From Squalus acanthias (lineage: Eukaryota): DNA of 64,000 nt. A model generated the notes under the pieces. That model was given only the letters and a program-made list of their open reading frames with translations, was not told the DNA's origin and searched no databases. Position numbers and translations under genes: made by a program. Where the stretch lies: positions 1,550,001 through 1,614,000 of the forward strand of contig JASTWF010000035.1 of NCBI GenBank assembly GCA_030390025.1, given 5' to 3'. Of the stretch, positions 49,642 to 59,723 are shown piece after piece. Position 1 is the first letter of the stretch. Each line of letters opens with the position of its first letter.

Positions 49642-50472
49642 AAAGAAAAGAAAGGCTTGCATTTATATCGCACCTTTCATGACCTCAGGGTGTCCCAAAG
49701 CGCTTTAAGAACATAAGAAATAGGAACAGCAGTGTAGACCATTTGGCCCTTTGAGCCTGCTCTGCCATTCAATATGATCATGGCTGATCTTCTACCTCAT
49801 CTCCACTTTCCTGCACTATCCTCATATCCCTTGATTCCCTTAATATTCAAAAAATCTATCGATATCCATCTTGAATATACTCAATGACTGAGCCTCCACA
49901 GCCCTCTGGGGTAGAGAATTCCAAAGATTCACCACCCTCTGAGTGAAGAAATTTCTCCTCATCTCAGTCCTAAATGGCTGACCCCTTATTCTGAGACTGT
50001 GACCCCTGGTTCTAGACTCCCCAGCCAGGGGAAACATCCTTCCTGCATCTACCCTGTCAAGCCCTGTAAGAATTTTGTATGTAGTCAATGAAGTACTTTT
50101 GAAGTGTAGTCACTGCTGTAATGTAGGAAACGCGGCAGTCAATTGCACACAGCAAGGGCCCACACAAAATGACCAGATAATCTTTTTTGTTATGTGAATT
50201 GAGGGATAAATATTGGCCAGGACACCAGGGATAACTCCCCTGTACTTCTTCGAAATAGTGCCATGGGATCTTTTACGTCCACTTGAAAGAGCAGACGGGG
50301 CTTCGGTTTAATGTCTCATCTGAAAAACGGCACCTCTGACAGGGCAGCACTCCCTCAGCACTGCACTGGAGTGTCAGCCTAGATTTTTGTGCTCAAGCCT
50401 GTGAAGTGAGATCTGAACCCACAACTTTCTGACTCAGAGGCGAGATTGCTACCCATTGAGCCACGGCTGACT
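49642..50472 (-). mobile_element. tRNA-headed Deu-domain SINE (SacSINE1/AmnSINE1-like), interrupted by a CR1 3' end at about 49708-50082
   Basis: A-box-like TGGCTCAATGG, B-box-like GGTTCAGATC, core GAGGGAGTGCTGC..TGTCAGAGGTGCCG, tail TAAATGCAAGCCTTTCTT. Confidence 0.75.
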
Positions 50473-51063
50473 CCAGTTTAATGTGACTGGGAAAACAACC
50501 AGAGGCGACATGAGAAAAACTTTTTACACAACAAGTGGTTAGGATTTGGAATGCACTGCCTGATAGGATGGTAAAAATAGATTTAATAGCAGCCTTCAAA
50601 AGGGAATTGGATAAATACTTGAAGGAGAAAAAAATTGCAGGGATATGTTGAAAGAGCGGGGGAGTGGGACTAACTGGATTGCTCTTCGAAAGAGCCGGCG
50701 CAGACTCGATGGGCTGACTATTCTATGATTCTATCTGAAAGATGGCACGCCTGACAGTGCAGCCCTCCCTCAGAAAATAATTTTGTGCTCAAGTCCCTGC
50801 AGTAGGACTTGAAACTAACAATCTACTGATTCAGAGGCAAGCGCTACCACGAGACACGCCCCTGTGAATTACATTGATGTTCCCACCTCAGGAATTTGCA
50901 TTCTGACTGCACGTCTATTGCAGCTTGGTCAGAATTGTAACCAACTAGAATAATGTCAATGACTAAGCTTATACTTTTCACATTCTTTGACGTAGAGTTT
51001 TCCATTCTCACATTACTCTGTGAGAATAAGGTAATTATTAGTACAATGCATAGTCAGCTACAT

Positions 51064-51499
51064 TAGAAACATAGAAACATAGAAACATAGAAACATAGAA
51101 TCTCGGAGCAGGAGTAGGCCATTCGGCCCGTCGAGCCTGCTCCACCATTCAATACGATCATGGCTGATCATCCAAATCCAGTACCCTGTCCCTGCTTTAA
51201 TCCCCACAGTACACATATCCCACCCTACCCCCGTAACCCCACGTATTTAATTCACCCTAACATATCCCATCCTATCCCCACATATTTAATCCCCCCCTAA
51301 CTCTAAGGGTCAATTTATCATAGCCAAATCAACCTAACCCGCACATTTTTGGACTGTGGGAGGAAACCGGAGCACCCGGAGGAAACCCACGCAGACACGG
51401 GGAGAATGTGCAAACTCCACACAGACAGTCACCCGAGGTCAGATTCGAACCCAGGTCCCTGGCGCTGTGAGACACCAGTGCTAACCACGATGCCACCGT
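51064..51499 (-). mobile_element. Full-length HE1-type V-SINE
   Basis: tRNA head (TGGCATCGTGG, GGTTCGAATC), V-domain GTGTGGAGTTTGCACATTCTCCCCGTGTCTGCGTGGGTTTCCTCCGGGTGCTCCGG, CR1-derived tail (CTATGTTT)n. Confidence 0.88.
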
Positions 51500-52357
51500 T
51501 AGTAGAGGAGTTATTAGATGAGATAAACAGAAAATGCTGGAAATACTCAGCTAATGTTTTTCAACTTTTGAAAAATTCGGGGTTTGCGCTCCAGGAAGTG
51601 GAACGCTAAATCAAGCTTCGCTTCCTTCCTGGAGCGCAACAGGCAGCAGGCGGAGCGGTAGGTGAGCAGCGCTGCACACTGGGCCGGGCAGCGCTGCCAC
51701 CTTGGAAGGCTCCTTCCCTCCCTTAAAGGGAAGGGCCATCGCTGCAGGCTCTGCAAGAGCAAAACCTACCTGGTCCCCGACGGCAGCCGCGATCGGGCTC
51801 GATTAGCCCGATGCACTGCAGCAGAGTGCCAGACTGATCGATCGCCAGCGAAGAGAAATGAAAAACAAACAGAAAGAGCATTTCACAATTTTTTTCACTT
51901 ACCTCAGCCACCTCGCCTTTACCACAAACTAACATCGCCCCGAAGCACCCGGCCTCCCGATCAACGCCTCCTGCAGCTGTCGGTGTTTTCACCCGGTGAA
52001 GCTGCAGGGGCGGAACCCAAGTTCAGATCTGGGGCGCTACCGGGGCGATGCCTTTCTTTCTTTCTCTCTCCCACAGAGCGGTCGGCAGCGGGGAAGGAGG
52101 GGCGGACCTGGTTGGAGCGGCAGAGGCCTGAGGTGAGTCATTAAAGGGAGGCCCGAGGCTCAGGTAGGCCTCAGGCCAGCGTCGACAGCGGGGGAGGAGG
52201 AGCCTTTCTTTCTTTCTCTCTCCCACAGAGCGGTCGGCAGCGGGGAAGGAGGGGCGGACCTGGTTGGAGCGGCAGAGGCCTGAGGTGAGTCATTAAACTC
52301 ACCTACGTGGCCTTTTTCCCCAGCGGGGAAAGAGCTTCGCGGGCTTTTTCAAAGGCA

Positions 52358-52392
52358 GGGGGCGGGGCCAATTCATTGGTACCCGTATATAG
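52358..52392 (+). promoter_or_regulatory. Candidate internal Pol II promoter in the CR1 5' UTR (GC box, CCAAT/ATTGG, TATATA)
   Basis: GGGGGCGGGGCCAATTCATTGGTACCCGTATATAG; conserved at about 39809-39842 in the sister copy. Function inferred. Confidence 0.4.
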
Positions 52393-52582
52393 GTGGAGCG
52401 GTTGCTAAACCCGAGACACTACACTAGTAGTGACTCCCACCCTCCCACCTCCTCTAACCTTTAGGGGTAGAGGGAATTTAAAAGTTAGGTTCGATTTTAT
52501 ATTTTGTTTTCAGGGACTTAACTCCTGGACCTAAGATAAATAAGTTTAAATTTTAGTAATAAAGTAACATAAGGCTTAAGTC

Positions 52583-53527
52583 ATGACAGGAAGTCTCGGA
52601 CCCGTTTCATGCTCCTCCTGTGCCATGTGGGAAACCAGGGACACTTCCAGTGTCCCTGACAACTACGTGTGCGGGAAGTGTGTCCAGCTGCAGCTCCTGA
52701 CAGCCCACATGGCGGTGCTGGAGCTGCGGGTGGACTCACTCTGGAGCATGCACGATGCCGAGAACTCGGTGAATCGCTCATTTAGTGAGTTGTCCACACC
52801 GCAGGTAAAGGCTAGGACAGACAGTGAATGGGTGACCAAGAAGCAGGGCAATATCAGGAAGGTAGTGCAGGAGTCCCCTGTGGTCATCTCCCTCCAAAAC
52901 AGGTATGCCGCTTTGGATACTGTTGGGGGAGATGGCCTACCAGGGGAAGGCACCAGCAGCCAGGTTCATGGCACCATGGCTGGCTCTGCTGCACAGCAGG
53001 GTGGGAAAAAGAGTGGTAGGGCTATAGTGATAGGGGACTCAATTGTAAGGGGAATAGACAGGAGTTTCTGTGGCCGCAACCGAGATTCCAGGATGGTATG
53101 TTGCCTCCCTGGTGCAAGGGTCAAGGATGTCTCGGAGCGGCTGCAGAACATTCTGAAGAGGGAGGGTGAACAGCCAGCTGTCGTGGTGCATGTAGGTACC
53201 AACGATATAGGTAAAAAGCGGGAAGAGGTCCTACAAGCAGAATTTAGGGAGCTAGGAGCTAAATTAAAAAGTAGGACCTCTAAGGTAGTAATCTCTGGAT
53301 TGCTACCAGGGCCACGTGCTAATCAGAATAGAGAGAACAGGATAGTGAGATTGAATACGTGGCTTGAGCAGTGGTGCAGGAGGGAGGGATTCAACTTCCT
53401 GAGGCATTGGAACCAGTTCTGGGGGAAGTGGGACCTGTACAAAAGGGACGGTCTGCACTTGGGCAGGACTGGAACCGATGTCCTCGGGGTAATATTTGCT
53501 AAAGCAGTTCGGGAGGATTTAAACTAA
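52583..53527 (+). CDS. CR1 ORF1p (Zn finger, coiled coil, SGNH esterase), intact
   Basis: 314-aa open frame with CSSC/CGKC, GDS, GTND and DGLH motifs. Confidence 0.93.
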   Translation: MTGSLGPVSCSSCAMWETRDTSSVPDNYVCGKCVQLQLLTAHMAVLELRVDSLWSMHDAENSVNRSFSELSTPQVKARTDSEWVTKKQGNIRKVVQESPVVISLQNRYAALDTVGGDGLPGEGTSSQVHGTMAGSAAQQGGKKSGRAIVIGDSIVRGIDRSFCGRNRDSRMVCCLPGARVKDVSERLQNILKREGEQPAVVVHVGTNDIGKKREEVLQAEFRELGAKLKSRTSKVVISGLLPGPRANQNRENRIVRLNTWLEQWCRREGFNFLRHWNQFWGKWDLYKRDGLHLGRTGTDVLGVIFAKAVREDLN

Positions 53528-53574
53528 TATGGCAGGGGAATGGGAACCTATGTAGCGAAACAGGGGGAAGTAAT

Positions 53575-56511
53575 ATGCAGTCAGAAACAAATGTTAGAAG
53601 GGTGAGAAACAATAGGGGAAGGCCGAGTAAACAAAGGCAAGAAACACAAAGGGCCATACTAAATCATAAGTCTAAAAGGACAAAGGATGTTAATAAAACA
53701 AGCCTAAAGGCTCTGTGTCTTAATGCAAGGAGTATCCGTAATAAGGTGGATGAATTGACTGTGCAAATAGATGTTAACGGATACGATGTGATTGGGATTA
53801 CAGAGACGTGGCTCCAGAACAATCAAGGCTGGGAACTGAACATCCAGGGGTATTCAACATTCAGAAAGGATAGAATAAAAGGAAAAGGGGGTGGGGTAGC
53901 ATTGCTGGTTAAAGAGGAGATTAATGCAATAGCTAGGAAGGACATCAGCTTGGAGGATGTGGAATCAATATGGGTTGAGCTGCAGAACACCAAAGGGCAG
54001 AAAACGTTAGTGGGAGTTGTGTACAGACCTCCAAACAGCAGTAGTGAGGTGGGGGAGGGTATGAAACAGGAAATCAGAGGTGCGTGCAAAAAAGGCACGG
54101 CAGTTATCATGGGTGACTTTAATATGCATATAGATTGGGCTACTCAAACTGGAAGCAATACGGTGGAGGAGGATTTCCTGGAGTGTTTAAGGGATGGTTT
54201 CCTAAACCAATATGTTGAGGAACCAACTCGAGGGGAGGCCATCCTGGACTGGGTGTTGTGTAATGAGGAGGGACTAATCAGCAATCTTGTGGTACGAGGC
54301 CCCCTGGGGAAGAGTGACCATAGTATGGTGGAGTTCTACATTAGGATGGAGAAGGAAACAGTTAAGTCAGAGACCATGGTCCAGAACTTAAATAAGGGCA
54401 ACTTTGAGGGTATGAGGCGTGAATTGGCGAGGTTAAATTGGCAAGCGATATTTAAGGGGCTATCAGTGGAAGGGCAATGGCAGACATTTAGAGATCGCAT
54501 GGATGAACTACAACAATTGTACATCCCGGTCTGGCATAAAAATAAAAAAGGGAAGGTGGCTCAACCATGGCTAACAAGGGAAATCAGGGATAGTATTAAA
54601 ACCAAGGAAGTTGCATACAAATTGGCCAGAAGTAGCAGCAAACCCGGGGACTGGGAGAACTTCAAAACTCAGCAGAGGAGGACGAAGGGTTTGATTAGGG
54701 CAGGGAAAATAAAATATGAAAGGAAGCTTGCAGAGAACATTAAAATGGACTGCAAAAGCTTCTATAAATATGTAAAAAGAAAGAGGTTAGTAAAAACAAA
54801 CGTAGGTCCCCTGCAGTCGGAAACAGGGGAAGTCGTAATGGGGAACAAGAAAATGGCAGATCAATTGAACAAGTACTTTGGTTCGGTGTTTACTGTGGAG
54901 GACACACACAACCTGCCGGAAATAAAAGGGGTCAGAGGATCTGGTAAGAGGGAGGAGCTGAGGGAAATCCTTATTAGTCGGGAAAAGGTATTGGGGAAAT
55001 TGATGGGACTGAAGGCTGAAAAATCCCCGGGGCCTGATGGTCTGCATCCCAGAGTACTTAAGGAGGTGGCCTTGGAAATAGTGGATGCATTGACGATCAT
55101 TTTCCAACATTCCTTAGATTCTGGATCAGTTCCGATGGAGTGGAGGGTGGCCAATGTAACCCCTCTTTTTAAAAAAGGAGGGAGGGAGAAAGCAGGGAAT
55201 TATAGACCGGTCAGCCTGACATCGGTCGTGGGTAAAATGATGGAAGCAATTATTAAAGATGTCATAACAGACCATTTGGAAAGTGGCGACATGATAGGTC
55301 CAAGTCAGCATGGATTTGTGAAAGGGAAATCATGCTTGACAAATCTTCTGGAATTTTTTGAGGATGTTTCCAATAGGGTGGACAGGGGGGAACCAGTAGA
55401 TGTGGTGTATTTGGACTTTCAGAAGGCCTTCGACAAGGTCCCACACAAGAGATTGGTGAGCAAAGTTAAAGCACATGGGATTGGGGGTAATGTGTTGACG
55501 TGGATTGAGAACTGGTTGGCACACAGGAAACAAAGAGTAGGAGTAAATGGGTACTTTTCAGAATGGCAGGCAGTGACCAGCGGGGTACCGCAGGGTTCGG
55601 TGCTGGGACCCCAGCTGTTTACATTATATATTAATGATTTGGACGAAGGGATTAAATGTAATATCTCCAAATTTGCGGATGACACTAAATTGGGAGGCAG
55701 TGTGAACAATGAGGAGGATGCTAGGAGGCTACAGAGTGACTTGGACAGGTTGGGTGAATGGGCAAATGTATGGCAGATGAAGTACAATGTGGATAAATGT
55801 GAGGTTATCCACTTTGGTGGTAAAAATAGAGAGGCGGACTATTACCTGAATGGTGGCAGATTAGGGAAAGGGGACGTGCAACGAGACCTGGGCGTCATGG
55901 TACATCAGTCACTGAAGGTGGGAATGCAAGTGCAGCAGGCAGTCAAGAAAGCAAACGGAATGATGGCCTTCATAGCAAGGGGATTTGAGTACAGGAGTAG
56001 GGAGGTGATGCTACAGTTGTACAGGGCCTTGGTGAGGCCACACCTGGAGTATTGTGCGCAGTTTTGGTCTCCTAACTTAAGGAAGGACATTCTTGCTATT
56101 GAGGGAGTGCAGCGAAGGTTCACTAGATTGATTCCTGGGATGGCCGGACTGACATATCAAGAAAGATTGGGTCAACTGAACTTGTATCCTCTGGAGTTCA
56201 GAAGAATGAGGGGGGATCTTATAGAGACATTTAAAATCCTGACTGGTTTAGACAAATTAGATGCGGGCAGAATGTTCCCAATGGTAGGGAAAACTAGAAC
56301 CAGGGGTCACAGTCTAAGGATTAAGGGGAAGCCATTTAGGACTGAGCTGAGGAGGAACTTCTTCACCCAGAGAGTGGTGAATCTATGGAATTCTCTTCCA
56401 CAGAAGGTTGTTGAGGCCAGTTCGCTAAATATATTCAAAAGGGAGTTAGATATAACACTCACAACTAAGGGGATCAAGGGGTATGGCGAGAAAGCAGGAA
56501 TGGGGTACTGA
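53575..56511 (+). CDS. CR1 ORF2p (APE endonuclease plus reverse transcriptase), intact
   Basis: 978-aa open frame with [39 protein letters not shown] and FADD. Confidence 0.96.
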   Translation: MQSETNVRRVRNNRGRPSKQRQETQRAILNHKSKRTKDVNKTSLKALCLNARSIRNKVDELTVQIDVNGYDVIGITETWLQNNQGWELNIQGYSTFRKDRIKGKGGGVALLVKEEINAIARKDISLEDVESIWVELQNTKGQKTLVGVVYRPPNSSSEVGEGMKQEIRGACKKGTAVIMGDFNMHIDWATQTGSNTVEEDFLECLRDGFLNQYVEEPTRGEAILDWVLCNEEGLISNLVVRGPLGKSDHSMVEFYIRMEKETVKSETMVQNLNKGNFEGMRRELARLNWQAIFKGLSVEGQWQTFRDRMDELQQLYIPVWHKNKKGKVAQPWLTREIRDSIKTKEVAYKLARSSSKPGDWENFKTQQRRTKGLIRAGKIKYERKLAENIKMDCKSFYKYVKRKRLVKTNVGPLQSETGEVVMGNKKMADQLNKYFGSVFTVEDTHNLPEIKGVRGSGKREELREILISREKVLGKLMGLKAEKSPGPDGLHPRVLKEVALEIVDALTIIFQHSLDSGSVPMEWRVANVTPLFKKGGREKAGNYRPVSLTSVVGKMMEAIIKDVITDHLESGDMIGPSQHGFVKGKSCLTNLLEFFEDVSNRVDRGEPVDVVYLDFQKAFDKVPHKRLVSKVKAHGIGGNVLTWIENWLAHRKQRVGVNGYFSEWQAVTSGVPQGSVLGPQLFTLYINDLDEGIKCNISKFADDTKLGGSVNNEEDARRLQSDLDRLGEWANVWQMKYNVDKCEVIHFGGKNREADYYLNGGRLGKGDVQRDLGVMVHQSLKVGMQVQQAVKKANGMMAFIARGFEYRSREVMLQLYRALVRPHLEYCAQFWSPNLRKDILAIEGVQRRFTRLIPGMAGLTYQERLGQLNLYPLEFRRMRGDLIETFKILTGLDKLDAGRMFPMVGKTRTRGHSLRIKGKPFRTELRRNFFTQRVVNLWNSLPQKVVEASSLNIFKRELDITLTTKGIKGYGEKAGMGY

Positions 56512-57189
56512 GGTAGCATGTTCAGCCATGAACGCATTGAATGGCGGTGCAGGCTCGAAGGACCGAATGGTCTACTCCTGTACCTATTTTCTATGTTTCT
56601 ATGTTTCTATGATGCGCACAGCGATGACGTCACAATCTCCGGGCGATAACCGGAGGCGCTAAGGAGGCCAATTTCTAGGCCTAAGTTAGTCGGTGAGTTA
56701 GTTATTGGGTGAATAACCACCAGTATTGGAAATCTGAAACAAAAACACAAAATGCTGGAAACATTCAGGACGCCAATCGCCATCTGAGAACAGACCAGTC
56801 AACATTTCCAGTGTAACCCTTGTAAGAAAGGGGGAAATCTTCATTTCTGAGTCTCCCTACTAACTAACTGGACTAAATGAAATATGTATTATTAGTTATA
56901 GTCTTAAGTTGGTATTGTTTTCATTTTGTAACTGATACACAATGCACAATGATGCTTCCCCCTTTCATACATCCTTGATCAGAACTCAACTCTACAGATG
57001 CTGGCTGGCGTGGTTATTAGATAAGATAGTTAGCATGATTCAGTATGTTAGTTAGTGGTAAGTGCCTTGGGATATTTTGCTACTTTAAAAGCGCTATATA
57101 AATGCAAGTTGTTGTTGTGAGTTGGTTATACGGGGAGTTAGTTAGTAGAGAGTAGTTGTCAGCTCCTTAATTGTCAGTTAGAATGGCGA

Positions 57190-57606
57190 GTTAGTTAGTA
57201 TAGTTGTGAGTTAGTTCGTACAGTAGTGGTGAGTTAGTTAGTATATTGGTGAGTTAGTTCGTACAGTAGTGGTGAGTTAGTTAGTATAGTTGTGAGTTAG
57301 TTCGTACAGTAGTGGTGAGTTAGTTAGTATAGTTGTGAGTTAGTTCGTACAGTAGTGGTGAGTTAGTTAGTATAGTGGTGAGTTAGTCCGTACAGTAGTG
57401 GTGAGTTAGTTAGTATAGTGGTGAGTTAGTCCGTACAGTAGTGGTGAGTTAGTTCGTACAGTAGTGGTGAGTTAGTTCGTACAGTAGTGGTGAGAATAGT
57501 TAGTATAGAGTAGTCGTACAGTAGTGGTGAGTTAGTTAGTATAGTGGTGAGTTAGTTCGTACAGTAGTGGTGAATTAGTTAGTATAGTTGAGTTAGTTCG
57601 TACAGT
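57190..57606. repeat. Minisatellite of alternating 20/23-bp GTGAGTTAGTT units, running into the gap
   Basis: GTGAGTTAGTTAGTATAGTG and GTGAGTTAGTTCGTACAGTAGTG units. Confidence 0.9.
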
Positions 57607-57806
57607 NNNNNNNNNNNNNNNNNNNNNNNNNNNNNNNNNNNNNNNNNNNNNNNNNNNNNNNNNNNNNNNNNNNNNNNNNNNNNNNNNNNNNNNNNNNNNN
57701 NNNNNNNNNNNNNNNNNNNNNNNNNNNNNNNNNNNNNNNNNNNNNNNNNNNNNNNNNNNNNNNNNNNNNNNNNNNNNNNNNNNNNNNNNNNNNNNNNNNN
57801 NNNNNN
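57607..57806. other. Assembly gap (200 N)
   Basis: Round-number N run, typical of a scaffolding join of unknown size. Confidence 0.98.
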
Positions 57807-57896
57807 TGGTGGGTGTGGGTGGGGAGTGTGGGTGGGGAGTGGGGATTGAGCTATTTTGCTCACTGAATCATCACCAATCGTTCGGATTCCTTTCAG

Positions 57897-57968
57897 TATC
57901 AGAATCTGAAGAATAAAAAAGATGCTGTGGTGCGGCGAGTGATCAATACTGCGAATACAGTGGACTTG
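57897..57968 (+). CDS. Host exon: ADAM reprolysin-type metalloprotease domain, first helix region
   Basis: 72-bp phase 0-0 exon, acceptor ttcctttcag, donor gtgagt. Reads YQNLKNKKDAVVRRVINTANTVDL, the pattern of ADAM12 FQRQGKDLEKVKQRLIEIANHVDK (recalled). Confidence 0.8.
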
Positions 57969-57999
57969 GTGAGTATGGAGACTCTGTTCACACTGAATT

Positions 58000-58935
58000 A
58001 TAGAGAATTCGATAGGATATACAGCACAGAATCTGGCCATTCGGCCCAACCAGTCCATGCCGGCGTTTATGCTCCACTCGAGCCTCCCCCCATCCTTCCT
58101 CATCTAACTCTATCAGCATAACCCTCTATTCCTTTCTCCCTCATATGCTTGTCTTGCCTCCCCTTAATTACATCTATACTATTCACCTCAACCACTCCCT
58201 GTGGTAGTGAGTTCCACATTCTCATCACTCTCTGGGTTAAGAAGTTTCTTCTGAATTCCCTATTTGATTTCTTGGTGACTATCTTATATTGATGGCCTCT
58301 AGTTTTGCTCTTCCCCACAAGTGGAAACATTCTCTCTGTATCCACTCTATCAAAACCTTTCATAATTTTAAAGACCTCTATTAGGTCACCCCTCAGTCTT
58401 CTCTTTTCAAGCAAAAAGAGACCCAGTCTGTTCATCCTTTCCTGATATGTATACCCTCGCATTTCTGGTATCATCCTTGTAAACCTTCTCTGAAGCCTCT
58501 CCAGTGCCTCTATATCATTTTTATAATATGGCGACCAGAACTGCACGCAGTACTCTTAGTGTGGTCTAACCAAGGTTCGATACAAGTTTAGCATAACTTC
58601 TCTACTTTTCAATTCCAACCCTCTAGAAATAAACCCGAGTGCTTGGATTGCTTTTTTATGGCCTTATTAACTGTCGCTACTTTTAGTGATTTGTGTATTT
58701 GTACTCCCAGATACCTTTGGTCTTCTACAGCATTTAGATTCTCATTTTCCAAGTAATATATGACCTCATTTTTCTTACCAAAATGTACTGCCTCACAGTT
58801 ATCTGTGTTGATATTTACTTGCCAATTATATGCCCATTCTGCAAGTTTATTAATGTCTTCTTGTAATTTGTTGCAGTCCTCCTCAGTATTGACAATCCCC
58901 CCAAATTTGGTGTCATCTGCAAATTTAGAAATTGA
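58000..58935 (-). mobile_element. 5'-truncated antisense CR1
   Basis: [34 protein letters not shown], 3' hairpin tail. Confidence 0.88.
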
Positions 58936-59025
58936 TGGCAGGTTAGCCTTCCTCTTCCACGCCTCGGTTAATGACTCCTCCTGCTAACAGCCGGGTCAAA
59001 ATGAAATTGCCATTAAATTGAGTTG

Positions 59026-59225
59026 AGTTGAGGCCAATTCATTAAATATATTCAAGAAAGAGTTAGATATATTTCTTAAGACTAAGGGGATCAAGGGATA
59101 TGGGGAGAAAGCAGGGACAGGGTACTGAATTTGGATGATCAGCCATGATCGCATTGAATGGCAGAGCAGGCTCGAGGGGCCGAATGGCCTACTCCTGCTC
59201 TTATCTTCTATGTTTCCATGTTTCT
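59026..59225 (+). mobile_element. CR1 3'-end fragment
   Basis: GIKGYGEKAGTGY* followed by the CR1 3' UTR and tail. Confidence 0.85.
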
Positions 59226-59723
59226 AAATGCGGTATTGTGGTCACTCTCAATGCTTGAAAGCTTTGGCCTCAGACATGCCGACTCACTGACTCTCAGCTC
59301 CCCAGAAAATCGCTGAGGCCCTCACCCTAAGTCTGAAATATCTCGGTGGTCTGAGCCCTCTATGTGAGTTATCTTCTACAGCCGTATTGCCCACACTCTG
59401 AAACCGGATAACTCTCTCATTGCAGAAAAGCTCAGGTATTGCCACGCTGTGCTTTGCCACTCTCACCCAGAACCACTTTGTTCCTCTCGCACCCTTCAAA
59501 AGCATCTAAACACCAGTTTCTTTGTTTTCTGTGCCTCCTTTTCTTATTTACCTCGGTCTCCTGCTGTCCGCTCTCTCAATCTCCCTCTCCCGGTGTCCTC
59601 TCTCTCAATCTCACCCAGTGTCGCTGTGCTCATCCTCCCTCTCCTGCTGTCCTCTGTTTCTCTCACCCTCACACTCCCCCTGTGCTCCGTCACTCTCTCT
59701 CCCTCTGCTTTGCGCTCCTGCTG

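Larger units (their letters stand above)
52052..56610 (+). mobile_element. Coding-intact CR1 LINE
   Basis: 5' monomers, ORF1, ORF2, 3' hairpin UTR, (CTATGTTT)n tail, flanked by GATGC. Confidence 0.96.
51570..56681. mobile_element. Harbinger-type MITE split by the intact CR1 (parts 51570-52051 and 56611-56681)
   Basis: The rejoined sequence GGGGCGATGC|GCACAGCGATGACGTCACAATCT aligns with MITE A (about 4256-4300); right end AATTTCTAGGCC; GATGC duplicated at the CR1 junctions. Confidence 0.7.

Noticed and set aside
51430..51499. tRNA gene
   Set aside because: The A and B boxes belong to the SINE head and continue into the V-domain and LINE tail.
41643..56537. Recurrent antisense ORFs within CR1 copies (e.g. 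43238-43606, 55419-55787)
   Set aside because: Shadow frames of the conserved RT coding strand, repeated only because the LINE is repeated.
57190..57606. Telomeric repeat
   Set aside because: Units are GTGAGTTAGTT-based, not TTAGGG.
59230..59460. Next ADAM catalytic-domain exon in unique sequence
   Set aside because: No frame resembling the expected Y..LNI.V.L.G.E.W segment with valid splice sites was found.
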